A DNA stretch of 64,000 bases, taken from assembly GCF_004010195.1 (NCBI RefSeq), contig NC_057720.1:20823677-20887676 (forward strand). The letters are read 5' to 3'. The position numbers were made by a program, and so were the translations under genes. This document shows, one piece after another, positions 14,470 through 26,219 of this stretch (position 1 is its first letter; each line of letters opens with the position of its first letter). The notes beneath the pieces are model-generated. The model searched no databases and was not told the DNA's origin. It was given only the letters and a program-made list of their open reading frames with translations. This DNA comes from Chiloscyllium plagiosum. Lineage: Eukaryota.

Positions 14470-16470
14470 CATTTGGTGATCTCCCCTCCACTGCCTCCAA
14501 GCTCGCAGTCTCTCAAGACCACACAACTCATTTTTACTTCATTCCCAAAATCCACAAACAGGACTGCCTGGGCAGACCCATTGTTTCTGCTTGTTCTTGC
14601 CCCATAGAACTCATCTCTTCCCAATCAACTCGGTTTTTTTTCTCCCTTTGTCCAATCCTTTCCCGCTGACAACTGCAGCTCCTCTGACACTTTATGCTTC
14701 AGAATTTCTGCTTCAGGGGCATGAGCCGCCTCCTCTTTATCATGGAGGTGCAATCCCTTTACCCGTCCATCCCCCCGTCAGGATGATCTCAGGGCCCTCT
14801 GCTTCTTCCTGGAAGGCCTGAACCCATCCAGTACTACTCTCCTCTCCCGGCTGAGCTCATTTTCACCCTGAACACCAACTCTTAATTCCTCTCACTTTTT
14901 TCAGATCAGAGGGGTGGCCTGGGTATCCACACAGGTCCTAGTTATACCTGTCTCCTTGTGGTGTACGTAGTATATTCCTTCTTCCAGCCTTATTCTCGCT
15001 CCCACCCATAACTCTTTCTTTGGTACATCGATGACATCATCAGTGCTGCATCCCCCCTCTCACCTAGATTTAATTAATTTTGCTTCCAATTTCCACCCAG
15101 CTCTCACCTTCACCTGGTCCATCTTGGGCTTCTCTCCTCCCTTCCTCGACATCTCTCCTTCCATTTCTGGGGAAGTGGCCACCAATATCCACTACAAATG
15201 CACCAACTCCCACAGTTACCTTGACTATACATCCTTACACCCTGCTTCCTGTAAAGATTCTATTCCATTCTCCCAGATTTGGAGATACCGTTGTTGGACT
15301 GGGGTGTACAAAGTTAAAAATCACACAACACCAGATCACACCACAAAATTCTGTATATTCTGTATTCTTTGCAATAAATTGTGTCTCACAATTGTGCACT
15401 CCATAACCACCTGATGAAGGAGCGGCGCTCCAAAAGCTAGTGCTTCCAATTAAACCTGGTTGGACTATAATCTGGTGTTGTGTGATTTGTAACTTTATTC
15501 TACCGGATCTCTATCACATTTGTTCTGATGATGTTCGATAAAAGAGGCATCCACAGCTTCTTCCTAAACTGAGGATTTCCCAGCGCTGTGGTTGACAGGG
15601 CCCTCAGCTAAGTCTCCCACACTTGCCCTTCATCACCCCCTCTCTTCCCTCCCATGACAATGATAGGGTTTCCTTTGACCTTATCTACCATCCCACCGGT
15701 TTCCACACTCAGAGGATCAACAACTGCCACTTCTTCCACCTCCATGAGATGCCACCACTAGACACACATTCCCCTCCCCTCCCTTGTCAGCCTTCTGCAG
15801 AGACTGTTCCTCCAGGAATACTCCCAACATCCCTCCACAGCCCCATTGCAACTTCCCCTGTAATACCTCCCTGTTTACTTCCTCCCTCCTCAGTATCCAA
15901 GGGCCCAAACACTTGGTGAAGCAGTGCTTTACCTGCACTTCACTCAATCCAGTCTACGCATTCGCTGCTCACAATGTGGTCTCCTCTACTTTGTGGAAAC
16001 CAAGTGTAGACTGCGGGGGCTTCATGGAACACCTACATTCTGCCGCAAAAAGAGACCCTGAGCTTACAGATTCCTGAAACTTCAATACACCACCCTGTAG
16101 CCTGGGCAACATCTCTGTCTCAGGCTTGCTGCAGTGCTCCAGTGAAGCTCAACGCAAGCTGGAAGAACAGCACCTCATTTTCCGCTTGAAAACCCTGCAG
16201 CCTTCTGGACTCAATATCGAGTTCAACAATTTTAAGGTATGAGGCACCTACTTCCATGTTCTTCTCCCAACCCCCCCCACACACCAGACCTTACTATCAC
16301 TCACTACACATTGTCAGCCACTAATAGACCCCACTGGCAGCCATTCAATGTTGACTGACCTTTTACCACCTCTCTGTCTGTTCGACTGTAATTCTCTCAT
16401 TTTGGGCTCTTTCTCCACCTGTCATTTACTCTCCCCTCCCCTCCCCACCTCAACTTCTGTATAAAAACTA
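14470..16470 (+). mobile_element. Degenerate Penelope-like element (RT + GIY-YIG), probably family C
   Basis: Frameshifted motifs FYFIPKIHKQDCLGRPIVSAC, WYIDDII, INFASNFHPALTFTW, YKCTNSHSYLDY, FTCTS, and C-terminal RKLEEQHLIFRLKTLQPSGLNIEFNNF. The 3' UTR resembles the reverse complement of 19860-19900. Interrupted by a family A piece at about 15277-15497. Confidence 0.88.
15277..15497 (+). mobile_element. PLE family A pLTR fragment with inverted 5' part, nested in the older PLE
   Basis: Inverted tail (tttggagataccg...aaaatcacacaacacc), then ccacCTGATGAaggagcggcgctccAAAAgctagtg (G of GAAA mutated) and the family A tail. Confidence 0.85.
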
Positions 16471-16480
16471 TCCTTTATTA

Positions 16481-17065
16481 TTGTGTGTGGTGCTGGAATA
16501 GCACAGCAGGTCAGGCAGCATCCAAGGAGCAAGAGAATCGTCATTTCAAGCATAAGCCCTTCATCAGGAATGAGACTTGTGGGCTGGGGGGCCTGAAAGA
16601 TAAATGGGGGGGGCGGGGGGCAACCCTTACCACCTCACACCTGGAGGAAGAATGCCTCATATTCTGTCTTGCGATCCTGTAACCACATGGGATAAATGTA
16701 GATTTTGTCAATTTCCTTATTTCCCCTCTCCCCACATTATCTCAGTCCCAGGCCTCCAACTCAGCACCATCCTCCTGACCTGTCCATCACCCTTCCCATT
16801 TATCTGCTCCACCCTCCTCTCTGACCAATCACCTTCTTCCTCACCTTCATCTACCAGTCGCTTTCTCAGCTACCTTCCCCCCTCAACCCCAGCCCCCTTC
16901 CCATTTACCTCTCAGCTCACCCCACCCCAGCCCACAAGCCTCATTCCTGATGAAGGGCTTATGCCCGGAATGTCGATTGTCCTGCTTCTCGGATGCTGCC
17001 CGACTTGCTGTGCTTTTCCAGCACCACACTCTGATCTCCAGCTTCTGCAGTCCTCATTTTCTCCC
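16481..17065 (+). mobile_element. PLE family B fold-back insertion with GIY-YIG C-terminal remnant
   Basis: Arms at about 16485-16620 and 16880-17030 are inverted copies. The middle encodes LEEECLIFCL...GINVDF. Degenerate hammerhead CTGATGAagggcttatgccc at 16947. Flanking direct repeat atcctttat at 16470 and 17066. Confidence 0.85.
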
Positions 17066-17811
17066 ATCCTTTATCATGGCCAGTATGTGCTTTTACCTCA
17101 TAAGGAAGCACAAACTGTTTTAAAAACAAAGACCCATTTACTTAGCACTAATAACATAGAAACTCTACAATTCAATGACAAGAAATAGATTCATGTCAAG
17201 AAGATATTCAGAAGAAGACTGTTAGCTTGATCATGGATGCACTTTAAAGAGAGTCTTAAAACAAAAGATTAGTGGAATAGTTGAAGTATAGGGGTCGACG
17301 TAGTTACGTGCACAGCCACCAATGAGGGAAACAAGAGGGAAGGAATGACAAGTGGGGGGTGGCACAGATAGTTATTATAATCATTTTAAATCAGGGTACT
17401 GGAGGGCAAGGATAAAACGCAGATCAGGAAGGACAAGCCTGATGGACGTAATCAACACAAGGGTAGCTGAGGTTTTGGATAAGGTGACATTTAAGGAAGG
17501 TGGAGGATGGGAGGCCATCCACAGACGTATTGAAATGGACTATTTTGGAGGAATCTAAAGCATGGATGAATTTGGCTGAGATACAGGCAGCAGTGGGTGA
17601 ACTGACTGTTGTGGAGGTCTTTGTAATGGAGAGGAATGTAGAATTGCAAGCTCATTGCTGTAAGATAACATACCAAGGTGATGAACAATTGTTTTCAGTA
17701 CTGAAACCAGAGGGGTCTGGTTGCGTGTCCGTGTTCATGTGACAGACACAGAGAGGGGCAAGGATGAAAAGAGGGAGAGAGTGGTGGAGACAGACAGACA
17801 ATATGGATTAA

Positions 17812-18175
17812 TCGTGGCTCAGTTAGTGGCACTCTTGCCTTAATCAGAAGGTCAAAGGTTCAAGTTCCACTCCAGGGACTTGAGAACCTAAATTTATGTC
17901 AAAACTCCAGAACTGATTCAGAGACATGCCCCTCTTTGGAATGAGACGCTAGCTTCACAGGAGCACATTAAACACCCAGTGACACCATTTCTAAGAAAAG
18001 AGAGCAAGTTCTTCACAGGGTCCTGGCCAATAATCATCCATTGACTATAATAACTAAAACAGAACTGCCACATTATAACAGCGACTGCACTTCCAATGAA
18101 CTTCGCTGATTGCGAAGTGCTTTGGACCATTCTGTGGTTATGAAAGAATTTTTATGAATGCATGCTTGCTTTTTT
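17812..18175 (+). mobile_element. tRNA-headed Deu-domain SINE (SacSINE-like)
   Basis: A-box gtggctcagttagtgg, B-box ggttcaagttc, and the core gtcctggccaataat. Related copies at about 24125-24460 and 33870-34110 (+), and 20715-20985 and 45085-45300 (-). The family name comes from my recall of the consensus. Confidence 0.6.
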
Positions 18176-18639
18176 GCTGGATGAGAAGCTAAACTGAAAT
18201 TCCTTTTGCCTTTTTAGGAAATAAAGATGTATTTGCAGCGCAAGGTCTGATACTGCCGCCAAACATGTTTAATACTCTGCAACAGTGCTCCTTTTAAAAG
18301 CAGCATTCAGGCAACTCTAATTTCCCATTTCTCCAGTTAAGGGACAAAGGACAACCCTGGCACCTCCACTTTCCTTCACCCTCAAATTCCAGGAAGTAAC
18401 AGTGGCCAAGAAGTACATCACTCAAAATCCCACCTGCCTTTCACTCACAGGACAATCAACCTACTCACATCATCTAAACGTTTTTAATTCTTTAAATCAA
18501 ACTTGCTGTGAAATTAATTTCGAAAACAAAATCAATAAAAGCCTTTCAGGGGTCACAGGAAGTGGTTGACTGGGTTTTGGATACAGCCAATTGCAGAGAT
18601 GTTGTTTCAACTGTATACTTAAACAAAAACATGAATCAT

Positions 18640-19575
18640 AAATACAAACAACTGTGGATGTTGGAGATCTAAAAGCTGCCGGAAAAACTCAGCAATTTGG
18701 GCGGAATCTGTGGAGAGAGATCAGAGTTAATGTTTTGAGTCCAGTGACCCTTCTTCTGAAGTTGACTTGAAATATTAACACACAGACAGACTCCTACAGA
18801 ATCATACACTCATGCAGACCCTCTCTCATGCACAAGCTCTCTCTCATATGCTCACACATACACTTCCACATTCTCACCCGCATAAACACCCTCTTACAGA
18901 CTTATACCTCTTTACTCTCACATATACACACACTCTCTCACAGGACACTCATACTCCACCCCTACACACACACACACACACACACAGCACACACACACAC
19001 GTTTGTGGGGTGAACTTGTACTTGCAGAATTACATTTTATTTTGCTCAAGAACTGCATGAATCCACGTAAGATTCTGTCAATCCCTCTTTCAGAAGTAGA
19101 ATTAGTCTGAACATTGGGGCACAGACAGTCTCACACAGGGCACCTCACACCTTCAGTGCACCATCTGGGCCAACATGGCCCCTATTGTCAAAGTTCATTT
19201 GAGAATGTAACTTTAAAAAAGTTCTGGCACTTACATATGAAAGAACTAAAACCAACAGACCCATTCTAAAAGATGAGAGACTTAAACAATCCAGGTCTTT
19301 TTCAATGTATAATTTCAGTTACACCACACTGTAAACTTTTGCTATAAATTCTGTGCCTTACGATCTTATACTCCACAGCCACCTGATGAAGGAGCAGCGC
19401 TTCAAAAGCTAGTGCTTCCAAATAAACCTGTTGGACTACAACCTGGTGTTGTGTGAATTTTAACTTTCTCCACCCAATCCAACACCAGCACCTCCAAATC
19501 ATGAAAGATTAATGGTTTTCTCATCACAGATACTGCCAGAACTACTGAGTTTCTTCAGCAACTTCTGTTTTTGTT
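18640..19575. mobile_element. PLE family C fold-back interrupted by a family A 3' UTR/pLTR (18779-19501)
   Basis: Family C inverted arms at 18640-18778 and 19502-19575. The inserted family A piece has a (CA)n region and CTGATGA at 19383, and is flanked by tgaaatattaa / tgaaagattaa. Confidence 0.8.
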
Positions 19576-19619
19576 TGAAGAACATGAGACATTGTTTGTA
19601 GAATTTCAGACACATGAAC

Positions 19620-20105
19620 ATACTTGTAGGTTTAAAAAAAACCTGAAAGAACTGCAAATGCTGAAAATCAGAGACAAGAATAGAAATTGCTGCAAAAGCT
19701 CAGCAGATCTGGCAGCATCTGTGGAGAGAAATCAGACTTTATATGCAGAAGGTAGGGTGGGGGGTGGCGGGGTGTGGGTAAGGAGTAAACGATAGGTGGG
19801 GAATAGACGCCAGAGAGAGAAAAGCAAATGGACACACAAAGGAGTGGATAACAATTTGGCTAGGAAGGTGAATAGCTATTAATTCAGACTGTTAATGGCT
19901 AACAATGGGTGGTGTGCAATAGCAGACTATTTGCTTGAGTGTGGGGATTGGGATAAGGATATTAGAGAGATCAAGCCTTAAAGTTATTGAACTCGATTTG
20001 GAGTCCAGAAGGCTGCAGGGTCTCCAGGCAGAAAATGAGATGCAGTTCTTCCAGCTTACACTGAGCTTCAGAAGCACTGCAATAAGCCAGAGATTGAGAT
20101 GTAGG
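19620..20105 (-). mobile_element. PLE family C 3' end (GIY-YIG C-terminus plus tail)
   Basis: The reverse complement encodes ...KLEELHLIFCLETLQPSGLQIEFNNF, followed by the family C tail (tttctctccacagatgctgccagatctgctgag). Confidence 0.8.
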
Positions 20106-20282
20106 TCCTTGTAGGTTTGTCTCACGTCAATGGCGTGTGCTGCCAATTGCTGTGTTGAGGTGTTGAATAACAATTTTGTGCGGCTAAGTAGTTGTTAATC
20201 ACAAGACCTTGAAGGAAGAATTTTGCTTCATTATGTTTCTGGACTGCCAGCTTCACCATGATTAACTGCTTTAACATGGAAT

Positions 20283-20705
20283 TAAGATTTACAAGGATGC
20301 TACCAAGGTTGGAAGGTTGGAGTTAGAAGGAGAGGTTAGCTAGGTAGGCTGGGACTTTTTTTCCTGGAGCGTAGGAGGCTATAGAAATTTATAAAATCAT
20401 AAGAGGCATGGATAGGATGAATAGCCAAGGTCTTTCCCCTGTGTGGGGAGTCCAAACCAAGAGGGCACAGGTTTAAGGTGAGGGGGGAAAAGATTAAAAA
20501 CGGACCTAAGGAACAACTTTATCGCACAGAGGGTGGTGAGTGTACAGAATGAGTTGCCAGAGGAAGTGCTGGAGGCAAATACCATTACGACATTTAAAAG
20601 GCATCTGGTTGAGTATATGAATAGGAAGGGTTTAGATGGATATGGGCCAAGTGCTGGCAAATGGGACTAGACTAGATTAAGACTGTTTCCATGCTGTAAG
20701 ACTAT
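20283..20705 (+). mobile_element. CR1 LINE 3' fragment
   Basis: Same family as 13689-14179, in the opposite orientation. Confidence 0.88.
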
Positions 20706-21505
20706 ATGGACTTCTATTTATGGAGTACCTTTTACAATTCTGGGCACCACAAAGGGATTTCAAGTCAATAGGTATTTTCAAAACATCATCATGATTATAA
20801 GAAATGAGGCATCCAACTTTCACACAGCCATCTCCAGCAAATAGCAATGGCTAAGTAGTCTCAATGTTGATTGAGGGGCGATTCTTGGTCTCGATGCCAA
20901 TAAGGAAAGAAGTCCCCTGCTCTGCTTTGAAATACCACTGTGAAATCTTCTACATCAGTTTGAGAAAGCAGACAAATGACTATTTCATTCCAAAAATTAC
21001 CTCATTCCCCCTACTCAAAAATGGCGCAATCCAAGGACAGCACTGCCCTTTGCACAAACATCAATTTACAGCATCTCCTGCATTCCTCAAAACCCAGCCT
21101 CCAAGGGCAAGGAATGGATCAACCCATGTGAGGGGGAATTACACAGTGTTTTTAGTAACTCTGAACACAGGATAGAACTGGGAAGAGGATAGAAGGAAAA
21201 ACTTTTGTCTACATATGCTTTGCTGTAAATATACTTAAAAGCAACAAAATGAGAAGCAACAAAAGCAACTAGAACCAAAGTAACAGAACAAGAGTAAAAT
21301 CAGAGAGAAAAATACTGCTATTGAAAGATGACAGGTAAGAGAGAAATATACAACAGGAAATAAACAGATAATACTGAACTGATCAAAGGGAAAAAAATTA
21401 AATATGGCCATCAAGGTAGATAGCTAACACTACAAACCATCAAACACGGGAGCAATTTAAAAAAACAAATGGAAAGGAGGTTGGACAGAAAAGGAGGGGA
21501 AAAAA

Positions 21506-21530
21506 CAGAGAGAGAGAGAGAGAGAGAGAG
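21506..21530 (+). repeat. (GA)n microsatellite in a purine-rich tract
   Basis: agagagagagagagagagagagag inside A/G-rich 21480-21680. Confidence 0.9.
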
Positions 21531-22952
21531 GGGTTGGAAATCAATTGTTGAGAACATTATATTCAGAGAGAAAAGGGAGGGAGGGAGAGAGAAAGGAAAA
21601 GGGGGAAGGTAGAGAGAGGAGAAAAAGAAAAAAGAGAGTACATAAGCAAAGGAAAACCAAACAAAGGAAAAGAAACCTGAGACAGCAGCTTGCCAGTCCA
21701 ATAAACCTTCGTTTAGAGACTCCAATAAGCTTATCAGCAAAGGCAGTGGTGTCCTCTTACACTGTAACAACACTGCAGATTCTTTGGTTTGCTGTGTTAG
21801 ATATTCATTGTCTGTATCCCCAGCTGGTTTCAAAACTCTCAAAGGTGCATCTACTCCACAGGAATGCAGTCGACTGCAGGCGTGTCGTTCTCCTGCCGTT
21901 GGCTGTGTCTTGACTATAAACAACTCGCCTCACAGGAAACTGGTGGATCGTAGACCCAAAAAAAATTACAAGCCTGCCATTGAATTTAAGGTTCCTGTTG
22001 GGGAATGTTAATCTCTGTGAGCCAGTCCCTCAGGTCTTACATCAGACAATCAGGCCTCTGGGGGTCCGTAATCAAAGGAAGGTTGTGGGGGTGGGGGTCT
22101 GTAGAGGAAGGAGATTTCCTTCAGGAGAGAAAATAGTACTAAAACCATTTTTAAACAAACTGATGCCTCTCCATCAACATTCCAAAGACCAATGACAAAG
22201 AACATACAGTTGCAATAGGTTAATTACTTACTGATAATTTCACAGAGCGCACTTAAACTGCACATGATCTCATTCTACAGAGCTTAGTTCCCCTCACAAA
22301 CTCTTACAAACATATCACAGTGGATTTTTTTTAATGACAGAATTACTATGAACCAGGACACTAGTGAAATTTGACAATAAGTGCCCATTAAGTTTAAACT
22401 CTCAGTGGAAGGAACGACAGCCCTGGAGTTGCATAAAAGATTTTTTGCACCATTCCCTCACATGTACACTGCATAGACAAAGCTATGCATTTGCTGGCAA
22501 CTGGGATTCTGCTTCTCAGATTATGTCTCAACAAAATTTAAGTGGTTGCAGAATGGAAAAATAGAATTCTGAGCTCAGTCTCTTGACTCAGTCCATCATC
22601 CTCCCATTGAGAGGAGAAAATCTGATCCAGTTTCTCTAAAGCTTTCAGACTGGAGACTGGCACTTGGCCAAGAGGTCTGTGAATGCTGCCTGTGAACATA
22701 GAACTTCTGTTCTGGTAAAACAGTGCAAATCACTAGGGACCAGTCACAAGCCCTGCTGCAGCTCTAATTCGTTGTCAAGGCTACAGAGAATAGCAATTTC
22801 TTTCCAATCGGCTATTGATGTTGTCATACTGAGGTGCAAGAGTCAGAGATCTACAACACAGGAAACGGTCCTTTGGCCCAACAGGCCCATACCAATGAAA
22901 AAACAAACACCTAACTGTTCTAATCCCATTTTCTAACACTTCCCATAGTTTC

Positions 22953-22990
22953 CATTCTGAAGATGGGTCACTGGATCCGAAACATTAACT
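22953..22990 (+). ncRNA. Minimal type-I hammerhead motif, PLE family C tail (tail continues to about 23955, split by a CR1)
   Basis: attCTGAAGAtgggtc-actg-gatccGAAAcaTTaac. The stem III CG has decayed to CA. Confidence 0.6.
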
Positions 22991-23040
22991 CTGATTTCTC
23001 TCCACAGATACTGCCAGACCTGCTGTGTTTTCCCAGAGAT

Positions 23041-23911
23041 TTCTACTGCAAAAAATACGGAGGTATGGCATTGAGGGTGAGTTGGAGGTTTGGATTAGGA
23101 ATTGGCTGGCTGGAAGAAGACAGAGGGTAGTAGTTGATGGTAAAGGTTCATCGTGGAGTGCAGTTACTAGCGGTGTTCCGCAAGGATCTGTTTTGGGACC
23201 ACTGCTGTTTGTCATTTTTATAAATGACCTGGAGGAGGGGTTAGAAGGTTGGGTGAGCAAGTTTGCGGACGATACGAAAGTCGGNNNNNNNNNNNNNNNN
23301 NNNNNNNNNNNNNNNNNNNNNNNNNNNNNNNNNNNNNNNNNNNNNNNNNNNNNNNNNNNNNNNNNNNNNNNNNNNNNNNNNNNNNNNNNNNNNNNNNNNN
23401 NNNNNNNNNNNNNNNNNNNNNNNNNNNNNNNNNNNNNNNNNNNNNNNNNNNNNNNNNNNNNNNNNNNNNNNNNNNNNNNNNNNNNNNNNNNNNNNNNNNN
23501 NNNNNNNNNNNNNNNNNNNAAAGGTTGAGGCACTTGGGGCTGTTTTCATTGGAGAAAAGAAGGTTTGGGGTGACTTGATAGAGGTGTACAAGATGATTAG
23601 GGGTTTAGCTAGGGTTGACCATGAGAACCTTTTTCCACGTATGGAGTCAGCTATTACGAGGGGGCATAGCTTTAAATTAAGGGGTGGTAGGTATAGGACA
23701 GATGTTAGGGGTAGATTCTTTACTCAGCGAGTCGTGAGTTCATGGAATGCCCTGCCAGTAGCAGTGGTGGACTCTCCCTCTTTATGGGCATTTAAACAGG
23801 TATTGGACAGCCATATGGAGGATAGTGGGCTAGTGTAGGTTAGGTGGGCTTGGATCTGCGCAACTTCGAGGGCCAAAGGGCCTGTACTGCGCTGTATTCT
23901 TCTATGTTCTA
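23041..23911 (+). mobile_element. CR1 LINE RT and 3' end (N gap 23285-23519)
   Basis: [42 protein letters not shown] and RFFTQRVVSSWNALP. Ends ttctatgttctat. Confidence 0.95.
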
Positions 23912-24529
23912 TTTTTGTTTCTGATTCCCAGCATCCACAGTTCATTGTTTTTTTTCCCATAGGGTTATATATCTTGGCATTGCAAGTGCACATCTAAATG
24001 CTTCTTAAATATTATGAGGGTTTCTGCATTTGTACAGATGATAGTCACTTCAAATATCTGTAGACAACCCTTTCTAAAACTGAGCAAATGAACATTTTTC
24101 CTCTTCAAATTCCCAAATCTGACTTACGTGTCAGAGATGCCATCTGTCAGAAAAGACCTGAAAGCAAGACCCCATCTGCTCTCAAGGTAGATGCAAAAGA
24201 TTTGGCAGCTCAATTTCAGATCAGAATAAGGGAGTCCTCTTGGTGTCCTGGCCCAGTGTTCGTTCCTCAGCTGATATCACTGAACACCAGGTTAACAGAT
24301 CATTTATCTCTCAGCTGTTCATGGGAGCTACATGTACAAATTAGTTGGCAAATTTCCTGAAATATGGCAGTGATTGCACTCCATATAGCGATGTTGTACA
24401 TCAATGTGAGATGTCCTGCAATCATGGCAATCATAACTAAGTCACATCTTCATTTCTTCTGATGCTATACTTGCCATAGCAAACTTTAACTAGCTACATG
24501 GACTTAGCATGATAATACAATTCTTATTT

Positions 24530-24770
24530 GAAGTATATAGAATATTACAGTGCAGTGCAGGCCCTTTGGCCCTTGATGTTGTGTTGACCTGTGGAACCAA
24601 TCTGAAACCCATCTAACCTACACTATTTCATTTTCGTCCATATATCCATCCAATGACCATTTAAATGCCCTTAAAAGTTGGTGAGTTTACTATTGTTGCA
24701 GGCAGTGCGTTCCACACTCCTACTACTCTGAGTAAAGAAACTACCTCAGCCATCGGTCCTATATCTATAT
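24530..24770 (-). mobile_element. CR1 LINE 3' end
   Basis: The reverse complement has FFTQ..WNALP-type sequence and the CR1 3' UTR. Confidence 0.75.
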
Positions 24771-25427
24771 CAAGCTGATTAAAACAGTAGCCAGATAGAA
24801 TAAAATCAACTTCCAAATAATCTATTTAATGCACAATCAAATAAGATTTAGAGTGACATTAGGTATGTTTCCCCACACTTTCAAAACAAAAAGTGCTGTG
24901 TTATGTAATGCATTTCATGGAATGTGGGATCAGTGGCAAAGCCAATATTTGTTGCCGATTAATCATTCTTGAATTGAGTGACTTGCTTAGCCATTTAGAG
25001 AGCTGTTAAGAGACAACCACATTGTTATGGTCCCAGAGCCACTGTAGGTTAAACCAGGAATGACATTGATAGACTAGGTGGGCTTTTATGTCAATTTACA
25101 CTTGTTACATGGTCATTGTTAGAGGCTGGCTTTAAAGTTAGAGATATTAATCAGTTTAATTTAAACTCCACCAGTTGCCAGAGTGAGATGTTACAACTGA
25201 AGCTGAAACTCTCCACTGTAGCTGTTGTCCCATTAATCCACAGGTGACAACCTAAACTAAAAATACCTTTTCTAGTTACCTCAGTAATATCTGAAAATCG
25301 GGTTGGAAAAATACACTGTGTTTTTTAAGAAACAGAATTGAATTTACTATCAAAGCAAAACAAAATCTTTTAACTTTACTGAGTAAGTTCACGTACAACT
25401 ATTCAGTAATACAGAAACACAAATATG

Positions 25428-25660
25428 AGGAGTTTGTGCATTCTCCCAGTGTCTGCGTCGGTTTCCTCCGGATGTTCCAGTTCCCTACCACAGTCCAAAG
25501 ATGTGCAGATCAGGTGAATTGGTCATGCTAAATTGCCCATAGTGTTAGGTGCATTAGTCAGAGGGAAATGGGTCTGGGTGGGTTACTCTTCAGAAGGTCA
25601 GTGTGGACTTGTTGGGCCAAAGGGCATGTTTCCATACTGTCTGGAATCTAATCTAATCTT
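25428..25660 (+). mobile_element. 5'-truncated HE1/V-SINE
   Basis: V-domain core gtttcctccgg...cacagtccaaagatgtgcag, with an (aatct)n tail. Confidence 0.85.
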
Positions 25661-26219
25661 ATCCCACTCTGTCTCAAAAACCTTAATAAGCTAACAGACA
25701 CATTCTCTTCAGGGCAAAAAAAAAGACATTTCTTTGCAAAGGTTAGCTTTTTGAAAAAAAAACTATCATTTTGCTTTCTAGAATAACACAATGGTCAAAG
25801 TGAGGAGATATTCTGGCATCTCTTGTTCGGACTTGTGTGGTCAAATCATGCACAGTTGTCTCAGACGTCTTGCGCATACAGCTTGCCCAGTAGAAGCAAA
25901 ACCTCGAGATGGTTTTCAAACACACTTTCAAAAAAGGATAAATAGGTTTCACCCTGAACTGCACAAGAGGGTTTTCAATTCAGGCATGGGAGAGATCAGA
26001 GTAGCTTGCTCGCTGCAAGCTTTCAGCCAACTCATCTTGTTCTTAACAGGTTTTCCTCCAGCTCAGCCAGACAAAATGAGCCAGTCACCAGTCAAAAAAA
26101 AAACCAGTCCCAACATGTCCAATGCAAAGTAAAGCAGTTAGAACCAGTAAGATGATGCCTAGAATTAAACACACTGATCAGAACTTTGGATCCAGTCCTT
26201 CAGAGTTCCCTATGCGCCC

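Noticed and set aside
21411..21923. 170-aa minus-strand ORF and the overlapping plus-strand ORFs
   Set aside because: Half is translated GA/CT low-complexity sequence, with no recognisable protein and no convincing splice-site pair.
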